Part shown: piece by piece, positions 1 through 8,460 of the stretch
How the letters are laid out: every line of letters starts with the position of its first letter
Position numbering within the stretch: the first letter of the stretch is position 1
Source of the DNA: Verrucomicrobiota bacterium
GTDB taxonomy: Bacteria; Verrucomicrobiota; Verrucomicrobiia; Methylacidiphilales; JBCBYL01
Length of the DNA stretch: 38,938 nt
Assembly: GCA_039027415.1 (NCBI GenBank)
Contig: JBCCKL010000002.1
Coordinates: forward strand, 1-38,938
Reading direction: 5' to 3'
Program-made: the position numbers and the translations under genes
The notes under the pieces: model-generated
What the model was told of the DNA's origin: nothing
Seen by the model: only the letters and a program-made list of their open reading frames with translations
Database searches by the model: none

Positions 1-79
1 CCAGAAACCGCATCATTATAATAAGAAGCATGGATAATAATGGATCAAGAACTTCAACCATGTTATACCCTATCATGTT

Positions 80-694
80 ATGTCTATCGTATTAGTTGTC
101 GTACTACTTATCTTAGGTGCCCTCGTGCTGGGCGCCATAGCCGTTGCCGCCTTCGGAGTTGGCATATACAACCGTCTTATCACACTGCGCAACCGCTTTG
201 AAAATGCCTTCGCCCAGATCGACGTGCAACTCAAACGCCGCTACGACCTGATTCCGAATCTGGTCGAAACCGCCAAAGGTTATCTCGATCACGAACGCGA
301 AACACTGGAAGCTGTTATTGCCGCGCGCAATCAGGCAGCAGGTGCCGGAGCTAAGGCGGCGGATAACCCCGGGGATGCGAAGTCCATGCAAAGTCTGGCC
401 GGCGCCGAAGCGGGTCTAGCCGGTGCTCTGGGACGACTGTTTGCTGTGGTCGAGGCTTATCCGGACCTCAAAGCCAACCAGAATATGATGCAACTCACCG
501 AGGAACTTACCTCAACCGAGAATAAGATCTCATTCGCCCGCCAGGCCTATAATGATTCTGTCATGGTCTACAACAACGATCGCGAGCAGTTTCCGAACAA
601 CATCGTTGCCAACTTCACCAATTTCAAAGAAGCCGCCTACTTCGAGATCGAAGACGAAAAGGAAAAAGAAGCTCCCAAGGTTTCTTTCGATTAA
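80..694 (+). CDS. lemA: LemA family membrane protein
   Basis: ATG-started 204-aa ORF. N-terminal TM helix (IVLVVVLLILGALVLGAIAVAAF) followed by the characteristic LemA block YNRLITLRNRFENAFAQIDVQLKRRYDLIPNLVETAKGY and C-terminal ARQAYNDSVMVYN. Confidence 0.9.
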   Translation: MSIVLVVVLLILGALVLGAIAVAAFGVGIYNRLITLRNRFENAFAQIDVQLKRRYDLIPNLVETAKGYLDHERETLEAVIAARNQAAGAGAKAADNPGDAKSMQSLAGAEAGLAGALGRLFAVVEAYPDLKANQNMMQLTEELTSTENKISFARQAYNDSVMVYNNDREQFPNNIVANFTNFKEAAYFEIEDEKEKEAPKVSFD

Positions 695-722
695 AGGAAC
701 CCATATTCAGCCCCAGGCTGGA

Positions 723-756
723 AGCCGATTCACCACTACCGTGCTCTGAATCGGCT
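723..756 (+). promoter_or_regulatory. 9-bp perfect stem-loop between lemA and the M48 peptidase gene (possible attenuator or processing site)
   Basis: AGCCGATTC (723-731) pairs perfectly with GAATCGGCT (748-756) around a 16-nt loop. No U-tract follows, so it is not a classical terminator. Confidence 0.3.
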
Positions 757-791
757 GCTATCTCCAATATCTGCGGTTAGAGAATCATTTT

Positions 792-2795
792 ATGGATTTT
801 TTTGAGCATCAGGATCTCGCCCGCAAGCGAACACGTAAGCTCGTCATATATTTCTGTATCTCCGTCATCATGACCATGGTGGCGATGTATGCGGCAACAG
901 CATTAATTCTCAGTTTTTTTGTTCCTGAGAATTATCATTCAGAAAGTCTGATTGACTATGACTGGTTTGCCCTCCTCACGAATGGGTTGCCGCTGGACAT
1001 CGAATTGATGCTACTGGTTTTTATTCTTACAGGCGCAGTCATTTTTTTGGGCAGCAGCATAAAAACCTTCGAACTTTCCAAAGGAGGAAAAGCCGTAGCC
1101 ATTCTACTGGGCGGCAAACAGATTCTGCCAAATACTCAGGACCAAAATGAACGAAAATTGCTGAACATCGTAGAGGAAATGTCCATCGCCTCGGGTTGTC
1201 CTGTGCCGGATGTCTACCAGTTGCCCAAAGAAACTTCTATCAACGCCTTCGCGGCCGGTTTCGGGTTATCCGATGCCACCATTGGCGTGACACGAGGTAC
1301 CGTGGAATTACTATCCCGCGACGAGCTTCAGGGAGTTATCGCCCACGAATTCAGCCACATCCTCAACGGCGATATGCGCCTGAACATGCAGATGACATGC
1401 CTGACTCACGGGATCCTCTTCATCGCCGAAATCGGTGAGATGATGTTAACCGTCCCTGCCCGCACGAATTTCTATTTGGAAATGCTCGATAATCCTAGAA
1501 GTATGGCAGCTGTACCTTTCATCATTGCGATCCTCCTCGGATTAGGAACCGTTATCTGGCTAATCGGATCCGTCGGTTACTTTTTTGCTCAACTGATTAA
1601 AAGTGCCGTCTCACGTCAGCGTGAGTTCCTGGCGGATGCGGCCGCGATTCAATTCACCCGTAATCCACAAGGACTGGGCATGGCTCTTAAAAAAGTAGGC
1701 GGTTTGAGCCTAAGCGGCAAAATGCAATCCTCCCACAGTATCGAAGCCAGCCATTTTTTCTTTGCTAACGGACTTAGTTCCTCCTGGTTTCAACTCTTTG
1801 CCACACACCCACCACTCACGGAACGGATCAAAATCATCGATCCATCCTTCGACGGCATATTCCCCAAAGTAGAACCCATTAAACCCCTTACAATAAAGGA
1901 GCAGGTAACCCAGCAGAAAAAAGCCAGAGAACGTGCCGGAATCTTTGTCAACGATTCCGATAATTATAAGGTAGCAGGTCTTGTTGCCAGCGCTGGACAA
2001 ATTTCTCGTGCTACAATAGATGCTGCATTTACGCTGACCCAGTCTTTACCTAAACCGCTCTATGAGGCGGCACACGAACCCTTCGGAGCCCGTGCCGTCG
2101 CTTATGGATTGCTTCTTTCCGAAGAGCCCGAGGTGCTGAACTACCAGCGACAACTACTCCAGCAAAAAGCGGATGCGGCCGTCTTGACCGAACTGGAGAA
2201 ACTTCACCCGGAATTTGAGCATGTCGAGCCTAGACAGCGTCTGGTGTTAATCGATCTGGCACTTCCTGCATTACGACAACTCAGCCCGGACCAATATCAA
2301 ATCTTTCGTCAAATCGTTTCAGACTTAGCTGCTGCGGATCAGGCAATCAGCCTGTTTGAATACTGTCTGGAAAAAGTTCTCGTCCGCCACCTGGATCCGG
2401 CATTTACCCAGATCAAACCGGCTACCCCCACCGTGCACAACCTGATCCCGGTCTGGCAGGAGTGTATGCAACTGCTCGGCGCTTTGGCGTATCTGGACAG
2501 CGATACCTACGAAGAAGCACAGGCTGCATTTGATGCAGGAGCCTCCCAGCTTAATCTCGCCAATCGCAGCTCACAACTTCCCCCACAGGAAGAAGCCGGA
2601 TTAGTACAGGTGGATCGTGCTCTCGATGCATGCGCAGGCCTCACACCAATGCATAAGCGCAATCTACTCTTCGCCTGCTCACAGGTCGTACTCAAATTCC
2701 GGGGCTGTGACGATCAAGAAGCCGAACTGATCCGTGCTATTGCCGATACTTTGGACTGCCCGCTCCCGCCATTTGTAGCCGATCAGATGGCCTGA
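792..2795 (+). CDS. M48-family (HtpX-like) zinc metallopeptidase with a long C-terminal extension
   Basis: 667-aa ORF. HEFSH zinc motif at nt 1344-1358 and a downstream Glu ligand context (REFLADAAAIQF). Several TM helices. The C-terminal ~300 aa contains two TerB-like segments (AAADQAISLFEYCLEKVL; CDDQEAELIRAIADTLDCPLPPF). Sits directly downstream of lemA. Confidence 0.85.
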   Translation: MDFFEHQDLARKRTRKLVIYFCISVIMTMVAMYAATALILSFFVPENYHSESLIDYDWFALLTNGLPLDIELMLLVFILTGAVIFLGSSIKTFELSKGGKAVAILLGGKQILPNTQDQNERKLLNIVEEMSIASGCPVPDVYQLPKETSINAFAAGFGLSDATIGVTRGTVELLSRDELQGVIAHEFSHILNGDMRLNMQMTCLTHGILFIAEIGEMMLTVPARTNFYLEMLDNPRSMAAVPFIIAILLGLGTVIWLIGSVGYFFAQLIKSAVSRQREFLADAAAIQFTRNPQGLGMALKKVGGLSLSGKMQSSHSIEASHFFFANGLSSSWFQLFATHPPLTERIKIIDPSFDGIFPKVEPIKPLTIKEQVTQQKKARERAGIFVNDSDNYKVAGLVASAGQISRATIDAAFTLTQSLPKPLYEAAHEPFGARAVAYGLLLSEEPEVLNYQRQLLQQKADAAVLTELEKLHPEFEHVEPRQRLVLIDLALPALRQLSPDQYQIFRQIVSDLAAADQAISLFEYCLEKVLVRHLDPAFTQIKPATPTVHNLIPVWQECMQLLGALAYLDSDTYEEAQAAFDAGASQLNLANRSSQLPPQEEAGLVQVDRALDACAGLTPMHKRNLLFACSQVVLKFRGCDDQEAELIRAIADTLDCPLPPFVADQMA

Positions 2796-3190
2796 ATCCG
2801 GCCCCTGACCAGTTTCTTGCCTCCTGACCAAAATATTCATTGCCAATCTCCATAAGTCCTAATATCTTAAGGGCTTGGAAAGGAGAGCAGACCAGTTCTC
2901 CGACCTTGATCACTTTGCTGAGAGAATAATAATCAGGGTCGTTATCACGAAAAGAAAATTACAAATCTCTCAGCCTGAATGAATTAGAACTTATTTAAAT
3001 ACAGGAAAGCAAGGCAAGTGCAACGAACAGCTTTGCGGCGAAGGAACAGCATTGAGATTCAATTGAGCCATGGGAAACATTTTATACAGGATACCGCATG
3101 AAACACATCTGGACGGCAACGTTCCGTCCTTGCACCTGTAGCCCTCGAATTCGAATACTCCAGCCGCAAATCTGATCACCCTACTACGCC

Positions 3191-3739
3191 ATGCCGACCT
3201 GCTGGTCTGCTGAGCAACACATGGATAACGCAACACAAGGATCCGGAAACCGGTCCTCAAACAACCGACGCGGTCGCAACCGCAACCGTGGCAGAAACCG
3301 AAATAATCGCGGACGTGGACGTAACCGTTCCCGCAACACCGCACCGAAGAAACCTCAGAACCCGATTCTGGCATTCTTCTCCAATCTCTTCGGCATCAGC
3401 TCCAAGCCCAAGAATAAATCGAAGCAGCAAAAGAATCGTGCTTCCTCCACCCGCAAGGAACGTACACCCAAACAGGCGGATGAGCAGCCACAAGTCACCT
3501 CTGCACGTCTTTACGTCGGCAACCTGTCCTATGAGACTGCCGAAAGTGATCTCTTTGATCACTTCGGAACCGTTGGTCAGGTCAAAAGTGCCGAGATCGT
3601 ACGCGATCGGGGCGAGCGCTCCAAAGGCTTCGGCTTCGTGGAAATGAATTCCGTGGAAATCGCACAAACGGCATCGGAAAAATTCCACCGCACCGAATAC
3701 ATGGGGCGCCAGATCATTGTTGCTGGTGCAAAGAACTAA
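3191..3739 (+). CDS. RRM-type RNA-binding protein with an N-terminal Arg/Asn-rich low-complexity region
   Basis: RNP2 (LYVGNL) and RNP1 (KGFGFVEM) motifs in the C-terminal ~85 aa. N-terminal RGRNRNRGRNRNNRGRGRNRSRN tract. The start could instead be the ATG at 3221. Confidence 0.85.
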   Translation: MPTCWSAEQHMDNATQGSGNRSSNNRRGRNRNRGRNRNNRGRGRNRSRNTAPKKPQNPILAFFSNLFGISSKPKNKSKQQKNRASSTRKERTPKQADEQPQVTSARLYVGNLSYETAESDLFDHFGTVGQVKSAEIVRDRGERSKGFGFVEMNSVEIAQTASEKFHRTEYMGRQIIVAGAKN

Positions 3740-3763
3740 TCCCGAATTCTCATTATACCGAAA

Positions 3764-3793
3764 GGCTGCTCCCTCATCGGAGCAGCCTTTTTT
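3764..3793 (+). terminator. Rho-independent terminator of the RRM gene
   Basis: GGCTGCTCC (3764-3772) / GGAGCAGCC (3779-3787) form a 9-bp stem with a 6-nt loop, followed by T6 (3788-3793). Confidence 0.8.
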
Positions 3794-3955
3794 ATGACGA
3801 TATCAGGTAGCTCTGTTATAATTTAGCTTAAATTAACGCTGTGCCCCCTGTTCACTTTATTTACCCGCACACGGGTAAACTAAACAAATTAGAAAAATAT
3901 TATTACCGTGCTTCGCACTAAGTTTTGTGGTTAAACTTTCCTCAGTTCCTTCCGC

Positions 3956-5656
3956 ATGAAATTTATTGCATCCGAATTTTCCTACTTCGTCAAAGACCCG
4001 ACCACCCGGCGTAATCTCGACGCACTTAAAAAATATCTCTACCTGTTGGTCGGGATCATTGCGCTCTATACGGTCATCTTTCATCTATTGATGGTCTACG
4101 AAGGTCAGGATCAACACACCTGGCTCACAGGTCTCTACTGGACGTTGACCGTAATGAGTACACTGGGTTTTGGTGATATCACTTTCACCAGTGATCTAGG
4201 GCGACTCTTCAGTGTCATAGTGCTGTCATCCGGCATCGTTCTGTTGCTGATCATGTTGCCCTTTGCGTTTATCCGCTTTTTCTATGCCCCATGGCTGGAA
4301 GCCCAGATCCGCGCCAAAGTCAGCCGCAAACTGTCTGATGATGTGACCGATCACGTCATCATCTGCCAGCACGATTCTATTACCAACCGCCTGATTCAGA
4401 AACTCGAGCACAATAAAATTCCTTACTGCATTATCGAAGAAGACCCAGCACTGGCCATTCAGATGCGGGAGGATGGACTGAACGTGGTCGCCGGTGACAT
4501 TATGGATCCCGCCACCTTCGAAGCCGTCAACATCACTCAGGCCAGAGCCGTGCTGGCCAATGCTGAAGACACCCGTAATACCGGCATTATCCTAACCGTC
4601 CGTTCACTCAATGAGAAAGTTCCTGTCATTGCAGTCGCCGAGGAAATGGATTCCATTGATATTTTTGCACTCAGCGGTGCCACCTACCTGCTGCCGTTAA
4701 AACTCAAGCTGGGAGAATCCCTGGCCACCCGTATCAGCGCCGGTATCGGTACCGCCCACGAAGTCGGAAAATTCAAGGATCTGGTGCTTGTCGAATTCCT
4801 GGTTCACGACACCCCGTTGGCCGGAGCACCGCTGCGCGAAGCCAGGATCCGCGAAACCACCGGTATGAATGTCGTGGGCATGTGGGAATGCGGCCACCTG
4901 GTTTCCGTCGATCCCAATAAACCCCTCAGCGACACCACCGTGCCGGTCGCCATTGGCACCCGCGAACAAGTCAAACAACTCAATGAACTACTCGGACAAC
5001 GCGACAACCGGGAACACAAAGTTCTCGTCATAGGTGGCGGAAAAGTCGGTTGTTCCACCGCCCGCAAACTCAAGATGCGCGGCGTCCACGTCCGTATCCT
5101 CGACCACAATCCCGCTCTCAGTAGAGAACTCGAAAACTACTGCGATCAGGTTATCATCGGCAAAGCAACTGACCCCAAAGCACTGGCTGAAGCCGGTATC
5201 AATGATGTGGACGCAATTGCACTAACCACTCACGACGACGCCCAGAACATTCACCTCTCCGTCTTCTTTCGTCGCATGCACCCGCAGTTGAGCATTGTCA
5301 GCCGCCTCACCCGGGTGCGCAACATCGAAGCCATGTATCGTGCCGGTTCCGATTTCGTGCTGAGTTACGCATCGCTGGGCTGTGAGTTCATCAACGCCTA
5401 CCTGCTCGGCCGCGAGCCCGTCATGGTCGGAGAAGGTGCGGATTTCTTTGCCGTTCCGCTCCCTGAAAAACTGAAAGGCAAAATGCTGATGGACAGCGGT
5501 ATTGGTAAAGAAACCGGACTAGTGGTCATCGCCATCGAATACAGTCATAAAACTATCACCAACCCCGCCGCCAAGACCATGCTCGAAGGTGGGACTAAAC
5601 TGGTCATGCTCGGCACCAACGAACAGCGCGAGCAATTCAATAAAACTTACGCTTAA
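3956..5656 (+). CDS. Potassium channel (2TM pore) with tandem RCK/TrkA domains
   Basis: Selectivity filter TLGFGD at nt 4160-4177, flanked by two TM helices. Two Rossmann-like RCK-N units (VIICQHDSITN...; VLVIGGGKVGCSTARKL). Confidence 0.9.
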   Translation: MKFIASEFSYFVKDPTTRRNLDALKKYLYLLVGIIALYTVIFHLLMVYEGQDQHTWLTGLYWTLTVMSTLGFGDITFTSDLGRLFSVIVLSSGIVLLLIMLPFAFIRFFYAPWLEAQIRAKVSRKLSDDVTDHVIICQHDSITNRLIQKLEHNKIPYCIIEEDPALAIQMREDGLNVVAGDIMDPATFEAVNITQARAVLANAEDTRNTGIILTVRSLNEKVPVIAVAEEMDSIDIFALSGATYLLPLKLKLGESLATRISAGIGTAHEVGKFKDLVLVEFLVHDTPLAGAPLREARIRETTGMNVVGMWECGHLVSVDPNKPLSDTTVPVAIGTREQVKQLNELLGQRDNREHKVLVIGGGKVGCSTARKLKMRGVHVRILDHNPALSRELENYCDQVIIGKATDPKALAEAGINDVDAIALTTHDDAQNIHLSVFFRRMHPQLSIVSRLTRVRNIEAMYRAGSDFVLSYASLGCEFINAYLLGREPVMVGEGADFFAVPLPEKLKGKMLMDSGIGKETGLVVIAIEYSHKTITNPAAKTMLEGGTKLVMLGTNEQREQFNKTYA

Positions 5657-5678
5657 TCGCAGAAGACGGGAACATCAC

Positions 5679-5779
5679 ACCACAGAGGACGCAGGGAACA
5701 CAGAGTAGGATTTCTGTGTATTTTCTTAATTAGAATTAAGAACCGGTTCTGGCTCTGTGAGCTTTATGTTCTCTGTGGT
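5679..5779. repeat. Composite ~100-bp palindrome with four CACAGAG/CTCTGTG motifs between convergent genes
   Basis: ACCACAGAG (5679-5687) and CACAGAG (5699-5705) on the left mirror CTCTGTG (5753-5759) and CTCTGTGGT (5771-5779) on the right, with identical 18-nt spacing on both sides. The centre holds TTCTTAATT/AATTAAGAA and GAACCGGTTC palindromes. Confidence 0.6.
5698..5727 (+). terminator. Probable Rho-independent terminator of the K+ channel gene
   Basis: ACACAGA (5698-5704) / TCTGTGT (5713-5719) form a 7-bp stem with an 8-nt loop, followed by ATTTTCTT. Confidence 0.5.
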
Positions 5780-5784
5780 TAAAT

Positions 5785-6348
5785 TCAGCTCCCCGGCTTA
5801 ACCGCCGGCACATCCTTCAGATCTTCCGGAATCGCATCCGCTTCAAACGTCTCGACCTGCATCTTCAACAGCCGAATAAACGGTGCCCCGAAATCCGGTG
5901 GATTGTCTCCGCTGCGATCCACAATACTCGCCACTCCCGCGACTTCCGCACCACCATCACGCACGATTTTGCATACTTCCTTAACGGCGCTGCCGGTCGT
6001 CACCACATCCTCTGCCACCAGATAACGTTTAAATTCACTGATCTGAAACCGGCGCACGCCCAGCACGCCTTCTTTCTTCTCCGCAAAAATGTGCGGTTTA
6101 TCCAGATGCCGCGCCACTTCATGCCCGACCAGAATACCTCCCAGTGCAGGAGAAATCACCGCATCCGCTTCAATTTCCTGACACCTCTCCGCCAGTGAGG
6201 CACAGATCTCGGAACACAGCTTCGGGTGCTTCAGCATTTGCGCACATTGAAAGAACTGGCGGCTATGGAGTCCGGACCGCAACAGGAAGTGGCCGTCCAG
6301 CAGTGCACCCAAATCACGGAATTTCTGCAGTAAAGCTTCGCCTTCCAT
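5785..6348 (-). CDS. pyrE: Orotate phosphoribosyltransferase
   Basis: 187 aa. GHFLLRSGLHS N-terminal block and PRPP-binding loop LVAEDVVTTGSAV typical of type I PRTases/PyrE. Confidence 0.85.
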   Translation of the reverse strand: MEGEALLQKFRDLGALLDGHFLLRSGLHSRQFFQCAQMLKHPKLCSEICASLAERCQEIEADAVISPALGGILVGHEVARHLDKPHIFAEKKEGVLGVRRFQISEFKRYLVAEDVVTTGSAVKEVCKIVRDGGAEVAGVASIVDRSGDNPPDFGAPFIRLLKMQVETFEADAIPEDLKDVPAVKPGS

Positions 6349-6350
6349 CC

Positions 6351-6740
6351 TTACGTTCCTTTAACCAATGCCACCGCTTCAATTTCCACCAGTGAGCCTT
6401 TCGGCAGCGCGGATACCTGAATCGTCGAGCGTGCAGGCTTGGTTTCACCAAAAGCCTCAGCATACAGCGCGTTGACCGTCGCAAAATCTCCGAGATCCGT
6501 CAGGAAGACCGTCGTTTTCACCACCGTCGAGAAATCCGCGCCCCCGGCTTCCAGCACCGCTTTGAGGTTAGCCAGCACCTGCTTCGCCTGCGCTTCAATG
6601 CCCCCGTCTACCACCTCACCCGTTTCCGGCGAGAGCGGGATCTGCCCGGAGGTATAAACCATGCTTTCAGTGGAGACCGCCAGCGAGTAAGGGCCAATCG
6701 CTGCGGGTGCCTGATCAGTAGAAATTTCTTCGCGTTTCAC
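6351..6740 (-). CDS. RidA/YjgF family reactive-intermediate deaminase
   Basis: 129 aa. APAAIGPYS...SGQIPL...TTVFL...ARSTIQVSALPKGSLVEIEAVA is the classical YjgF/RidA pattern. GTG start. The stop lies 2 nt before the pyrE ATG, indicating an operon. Confidence 0.9.
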   Translation of the reverse strand: MKREEISTDQAPAAIGPYSLAVSTESMVYTSGQIPLSPETGEVVDGGIEAQAKQVLANLKAVLEAGGADFSTVVKTTVFLTDLGDFATVNALYAEAFGETKPARSTIQVSALPKGSLVEIEAVALVKGT

Positions 6741-6760
6741 ATCTACCGGAATAGCCGGAT

Positions 6761-6783
6761 ACGAAAGCGTGTCAACGACACGC
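6761..6783 (-). terminator. Weak terminator-like hairpin after the HEAT-repeat gene
   Basis: GCGTGTC (6767-6773) / GACACGC (6777-6783) form a perfect 7-bp stem with a 3-nt loop. In the minus sense it is followed by UUUCGUAUC, a poor U-tract. Confidence 0.35.
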
Positions 6784-6805
6784 AGTTAAAAGACTTATAT
6801 GAATC

Positions 6806-8317
6806 CTAATCTTCGAAATATATATCCGGATACCCTAAATCCTTCAGGGCAAACTGACAAGTCAGCCTCAAGTCATGTGGAGCATCTTTATTATTCATGA
6901 TAAGCAATAACTCTTTTGTAAACTGCTTACCTATTGCAGGATACCGCTCCAACTCATAAATCAGGGAGGCAGGGTCACTCTTAGTCCAATTCTGCAATTG
7001 ACGACTGATGATCGTGTTTGCCTGTTTATGCTGTAAATCAATATGAAGCGCAGTAAAAAGAGCAGTTTCGTGGTGGTAATTATCCTTACTCTCCAGATAA
7101 GGCTCTATAAGCGGAAGAATAGAGTCCCCTTCCTTTCCCAGACCTCTAGCCACCTTCATGGCATAGTATGCAGGGCGTGAGTCCTCTGCATCTTTTCCCC
7201 AAGCAAGAAACTTTTTAATACGACGAATCTTTGATTCCAACTCAGCCGTGCTTTGCACGTAACCCTCTAATGCTTTGCAGGCTATGAGAACTTCCTTGTC
7301 TTCAAAGAAGGGAACCATCCATTGCGGATCTACCTCGATTTCGTTGCGATATGGAACAAGCACTTCTATAGCCAAAAGACGCTCTAGATTATTATCGCTA
7401 TTTAGCAGAGGTTCGATCACACCTACTATTTCAGAACCCATAGCTCGAAGCACTTCAGCAGGATTATCAATATCTTGAACTTCGCGCCTCTGTATTGATG
7501 AAACAATATCAGCAACACTTTCTGCACCACGTTGCTTGAAATAGCGTATTACCGAGTCAGGCACCAAAGTAACGTAGATCATTTTTAACCACTCATCATG
7601 ATAGGGCGCACCATCAAAATCTAACTGCATGAGAGCCTCATCCGCACGAAAATCTCCTTCGTCCTCACTTAACACCATATCCATGAGCGCCCTAATAACC
7701 TCAGGAGTAGCCTTGCCAATCTTTCCCAGCGCCTGAGCTGAAAATGTCCGAACACTCTCGTGAGAGTCTTCCTTCATCGCCTTAATCAATAATGGAAGAG
7801 CAGATTCTGCGGCAGGCCCTGCATACCCCAGAGTTTTTGCCGCAAAATATCGCACACTTTCGTTCTCGTTATGCAGCGCCTTCGTCAATTCCGGCACCAA
7901 TTGAGCACAAATTTCCTGATCGTCCGGCAATTGGCCAATGGCTGACCAGACTGTATCCGGGTTACTCAAAAGAGGACGGTGAGTGTCAGCTATCACTTTC
8001 GGAGAACACTTCCCCATTAGCTGCTTCACCATAACTGATTGTGCCAATTTTAGCAGTGCCCTTGTTTGTTCATCCTGATCTGTAGAGTAATCTTTTTCAG
8101 AAAATAACTCTTTGAGCATTATTTCAGCAATGTGATCTGGAATAGTGTCAACGTCTTTAAGCATCTGTATCGCAGCCAAGAATTCCTGAGATTGCCCAGA
8201 TTGAAGTTGCTCGAGTATTATAGTTTGGTCCGACTCAGATAGAGAGCCCGCATACGTTGTGCCTTGAAATAATAAGATCAGGACACACAAAGACTTAGCA
8301 TGTATTAATAGTCTCAA
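6806..8317 (-). CDS. Secreted HEAT-repeat protein (function unknown)
   Basis: 503-aa ORF with a TTG start and signal-peptide-like N-terminus (LCVLILLFQGTTYAGS). Contains repeated HEAT/PBS-lyase-like units (ESVRYFAAKTLGYAGPAAESALPLLIKAM; ESVRTFSAQALGKIG). Visibly lower G+C than its neighbours. Confidence 0.7.
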   Translation of the reverse strand: MRLLIHAKSLCVLILLFQGTTYAGSLSESDQTIILEQLQSGQSQEFLAAIQMLKDVDTIPDHIAEIMLKELFSEKDYSTDQDEQTRALLKLAQSVMVKQLMGKCSPKVIADTHRPLLSNPDTVWSAIGQLPDDQEICAQLVPELTKALHNENESVRYFAAKTLGYAGPAAESALPLLIKAMKEDSHESVRTFSAQALGKIGKATPEVIRALMDMVLSEDEGDFRADEALMQLDFDGAPYHDEWLKMIYVTLVPDSVIRYFKQRGAESVADIVSSIQRREVQDIDNPAEVLRAMGSEIVGVIEPLLNSDNNLERLLAIEVLVPYRNEIEVDPQWMVPFFEDKEVLIACKALEGYVQSTAELESKIRRIKKFLAWGKDAEDSRPAYYAMKVARGLGKEGDSILPLIEPYLESKDNYHHETALFTALHIDLQHKQANTIISRQLQNWTKSDPASLIYELERYPAIGKQFTKELLLIMNNKDAPHDLRLTCQFALKDLGYPDIYFED

Positions 8318-8460
8318 ACTAAATGTGCTTAGAAATACAAATAATTATCGTCAAGAAGTTTTACCTAGAGGTAAAAAGTTTGCATATGCTCATATAAAAA
8401 TTTATTGGAATTTATACAGCACCCCCTTTTCTACTGACTGGACTACTACTTGATCTAACG

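Noticed and set aside
3250-3345. Repetitive CGN-AAC/CGT-GGN DNA that looks like a short tandem repeat array
   Set aside because: It is the coding sequence for the Arg/Asn/Gly-rich low-complexity arm of the RRM protein. The units are irregular, and it is neither a CRISPR array nor a VNTR.
2991-3374. 127-aa minus-strand ORF spanning the gap upstream of the RRM gene
   Set aside because: It overlaps the start of the well-supported RRM gene in antisense. The product is Cys/Arg-rich with no motifs. The region is better interpreted as non-coding leader.
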